A stretch of DNA of 39,758 nt, taken from the NCBI GenBank assembly GCA_964497675.1, contig CAZCDP010000002.1:1-39758 (forward strand). Direction: 5' to 3'. Source of the stretch: an uncultured Candidatus Epulonipiscium sp. (GTDB lineage: Bacteria > Bacillota > Clostridia > Lachnospirales > Anaerotignaceae). The position numbers and the translations under genes were made by a program. The first letter of the stretch is position 1; each line of letters starts with the position of its first letter. Below are positions 37,501-39,758 of the stretch, one piece after another. The notes below the pieces were generated by a model. The model did no database searches. It saw only the letters and a program-made list of their open reading frames with translations, and was not told the origin of the DNA.

Positions 37501-37604
37501 GTAAAGGGTGTAGACAAAATCTACACCCTTTACTTAAAGACAAAACCTAAATTCAGCCAATTATTGCTGAGGGTCTGGGAACAGAGTGTTCCCAAACCCT
37601 CAGC
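37501..37604. repeat. Mosaic intergenic repeat locus H (H-type hairpin plus L-module copy)
   Basis: 14-bp perfect hairpin GTAAAGGGTGTAGA / TCTACACCCTTTAC (37501-37533). Then CTTAAAGACAAAACCTAAATTCAGCCAATTATTGCTGAGGGTCTGGGAAC..., which includes the 16/17-bp hairpin GCTGAGGGTCTGGGAAC / GTTCCCAAACCCTCAGC (37566-37604). That hairpin ends 7 nt from the pmbA stop. Confidence 0.75.
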
Positions 37605-37611
37605 CCTATCC

Positions 37612-38973
37612 TCAGCTTCCAGAAACAGAAAGCCCCTTCACCAAAAGCATCGGTGCGCCCATGGTACCGTTGGAGCTCGGCATAGAAAAACGCAGGTCAT
37701 TTCCTACTTCTTCGATGTCCTTCAACAGGTTATAAAAGTTCCCTGCCACTGTAATTTGTTCTACAGGCCGTTTTATCTGCCCATGCTCCACAAAAAAGCC
37801 TTCTGCGGATAGAGAAAAATCTCCCGATATAGGATTTGCACCGGCATGAAGCCCTGAAATCTCCGTAATCAAAAGGCCTTCCCCCAGTTGCATCATAAGA
37901 ATTTTAGGCGGTTTGATACCCTTTTGGATATAAAAATTGGTGCAGGCCGTTTTCACAGGTGCTTGGTAAGAAGGCTTAAATCCGTTGCCCGTAGATTTCG
38001 TATCCGCCGCTCTAGCCGTCTTCAGATTATATAAAAAGGTTTCCAGTCTGCCGTTTTGAATCACAGCCTTGTTCTGGCAAGCCACTCCTTCGCTGTCAAA
38101 GGGTGCGGAGCCTGTGGCACCAAAAAGCAAGCCGTCATCCCGCAGGGTTACTTTGGAGGAAGCCACTTTTTCTTTCAGCCGCCCCCGAAATAATGAAAAG
38201 CCCTTCTCCACATTTTCACCATAAAATACACCGCAAAAACCAGAAAGCAGCTCCGCCGCTACATGGTTTTCCAAAAGCACCCGATAAGTTCCCGACTTTA
38301 AACTACCCGCACCCAAATGGCTAACGGCTTTTTTTGCCGCCTTCTGCCCTGTATGCACAGGGTCAAAATTTTCCCAGCGATTATCCACCCAATACTCCGA
38401 ACCGGTTTTCACATCGTTTTTATATTGGGCAATGGCACAGACATAGGCTGTGGCACAGTTTTTGGCATAGGAAAGACAAAGCCCTTTTGTGTTGGCAATA
38501 GAAACCTCCTCCTCATGGGAACTCAGCACACAATAATCGATAGCCGCCACATTATTATCATGGTGTAATGCCGCCTTTTCCATTTCTTTTGCCGCTGCGA
38601 TTTTTTCTTCTGCCGAAAGCGTCTGCAGACTCTTTTCAATACCCCTAAGCTGTGGGTACACCCCATCGCCGCTATAAAGCTCTTCCCTTGCGGTATCCTC
38701 CATAATTTCTGCATTTTCTGCCGCTTCCCGAATCAAAAAATCGATAGCCTCCTCGCTGATATTTTCTGAAAAAGCGTAGCCCATTTTGCCCCCGTAGGTT
38801 CCACGAAAACAAACGCCCCTTTGGGTACTATTTTCATAATGGGATATTTCACCCTCCAATACCAATACCTCAAAGCTTTTTCCGCTCTGACAATAGACTT
38901 CGCAGTCCGAAAACCCGGCTTCTATGGCTCTTTTCATTAAAAGTTTCTGAAACATTTCCGCTTCCATATGCAT
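37612..38973 (-). CDS. pmbA: TldE/PmbA-family metalloprotease partner
   Basis: 453 aa of the PmbA_TldD family, lacking the HExxxH motif. Its start ATG overlaps the tldD stop (TAATG). Confidence 0.85.
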   Translation of the reverse strand: MHMEAEMFQKLLMKRAIEAGFSDCEVYCQSGKSFEVLVLEGEISHYENSTQRGVCFRGTYGGKMGYAFSENISEEAIDFLIREAAENAEIMEDTAREELYSGDGVYPQLRGIEKSLQTLSAEEKIAAAKEMEKAALHHDNNVAAIDYCVLSSHEEEVSIANTKGLCLSYAKNCATAYVCAIAQYKNDVKTGSEYWVDNRWENFDPVHTGQKAAKKAVSHLGAGSLKSGTYRVLLENHVAAELLSGFCGVFYGENVEKGFSLFRGRLKEKVASSKVTLRDDGLLFGATGSAPFDSEGVACQNKAVIQNGRLETFLYNLKTARAADTKSTGNGFKPSYQAPVKTACTNFYIQKGIKPPKILMMQLGEGLLITEISGLHAGANPISGDFSLSAEGFFVEHGQIKRPVEQITVAGNFYNLLKDIEEVGNDLRFSMPSSNGTMGAPMLLVKGLSVSGS

Positions 38974-39758
38974 TAACCCCTTCCGCCTACGGTGATTTCA
39001 CTGACACGAATCATGGGCTGTCCCACGTTGGTAGGAACAGAACCACTGATACTGCCGCACATCCCTTGGGCGCTTTTCAGATTATTTCCCACTCTATCAA
39101 TCTGCATCAGTACTTCTGCTCCCTTGCCAATCAGGGTTGCTCCCCTTACCGGCTCTGCTATTTTCCCGTTTCGTATCATGTAACCCTCTAAAACTGCAAA
39201 ATTGAAGACACCCGTTGCGGGGTCCACACTGCCGCCGCCCATCTGTTTTGCATAAAGCCCATACTCCGTATCGGCTATCATCTGGGCGGGTGTGCTGTTT
39301 CCCGAAGCGATATAGGTATTGCTCATTCTTGAAGTGGGCACAAATCGGTAGCTTTCCCTTCTTGCCGAGCCGGTGGAAGCCATGCCCATTTTTTTACCAT
39401 TTCGTTTATCTACCAAATAGGATTTTAGAATCCCGTTTTCAATCAGTACATTTTTTCTTGTTGGCGTTCCTTCGTCATCTATGTTTTGGGAACCCCATGC
39501 ATTGGGAATCGTTCCGTCATCTATAGCCGTTACCAAATCTGACGCTATCTTCTGTCCCAGCTTTCCTGCAAAAACAGATGCGTTCCTCGCCACCGCCGTA
39601 GCTTCCAGACCATGTCCGCAGGCTTCATGAAAAATCACGCCGCCAAAGCCATGATCGATAACAACGGTCATTTTTTTACTGGGGCATAAGTTGGCGCGAA
39701 GCATCGTCACAGCAATACGGGAAGCCTCCATTCCCAAAGCCTCCACATCTATATCATC
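38973..39758 (-). CDS. tldD: TldD-family metalloprotease, C-terminal part (5' end beyond window end)
   Basis: Contains FHEACGHGLE (HExxxH) and the GxC-rich C-terminus GMCGSISGSVP. The reading frame stays open to base 39758, upstream of the track's first Met. Confidence 0.85.
   Translation of the reverse strand, partial: DDIDVEALGMEASRIAVTMLRANLCPSKKMTVVIDHGFGGVIFHEACGHGLEATAVARNASVFAGKLGQKIASDLVTAIDDGTIPNAWGSQNIDDEGTPTRKNVLIENGILKSYLVDKRNGKKMGMASTGSARRESYRFVPTSRMSNTYIASGNSTPAQMIADTEYGLYAKQMGGGSVDPATGVFNFAVLEGYMIRNGKIAEPVRGATLIGKGAEVLMQIDRVGNNLKSAQGMCGSISGSVPTNVGQPMIRVSEITVGGRG

Overview
AT-rich chromosomal segment from an endospore-forming Firmicute, probably Clostridia-like. That placement is inferred from spoIIE and the conserved spoIIE-tilS-hpt-ftsH block. 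Nearly all coding capacity is housekeeping and most of it is on the minus strand. In order: ftsH (5' part), hpt, tilS, spoIIE, a small basic protein, a DnaD-domain protein plus a DnaI/DnaC-type helicase loader, a WecA/TagO-type GT4 transferase, upp, rpiB, tsaC/sua5, a SEC-C protein, a Usp-like protein, pyrG, a C_GCAxxG_C_C protein, an XRE/cupin regulator co-transcribed with potABCD, a class I/II aminotransferase, a DUF819-like membrane protein with an M19 dipeptidase and a second XRE/cupin regulator, the complete pstSCAB-phoU-phoP-phoR operon, a PAS-GGDEF protein, and pmbA-tldD (tldD truncated by the window end). I see no tRNA or rRNA gene, CRISPR array, transposase, prophage, or recognisable defence or toxin system, so I do not claim a new protein-based system. 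The unusual signals are mostly non-coding. (1) Nearly every longer intergenic region contains copies of a modular, hairpin-rich repeat superfamily with REP/BIME-like mosaic architecture. This includes a six-hairpin array, a ~75-nt module with a CCAATTATT core in 4-5 copies, and a ~140-nt unit present as an inverted pair bracketing the 3.5-kb DUF819-dipeptidase-regulator cassette. (2) PotA is about 150-180 aa longer than usual because two tandem ~88-aa repeats are inserted in its C-terminal regulatory domain. (3) Three gene-free gaps of 0.7-1.0 kb exist, two of which carry orphan promoter or terminator signals. Everything is read by eye from the sequence. Copy numbers, identities and family assignments need computational confirmation.
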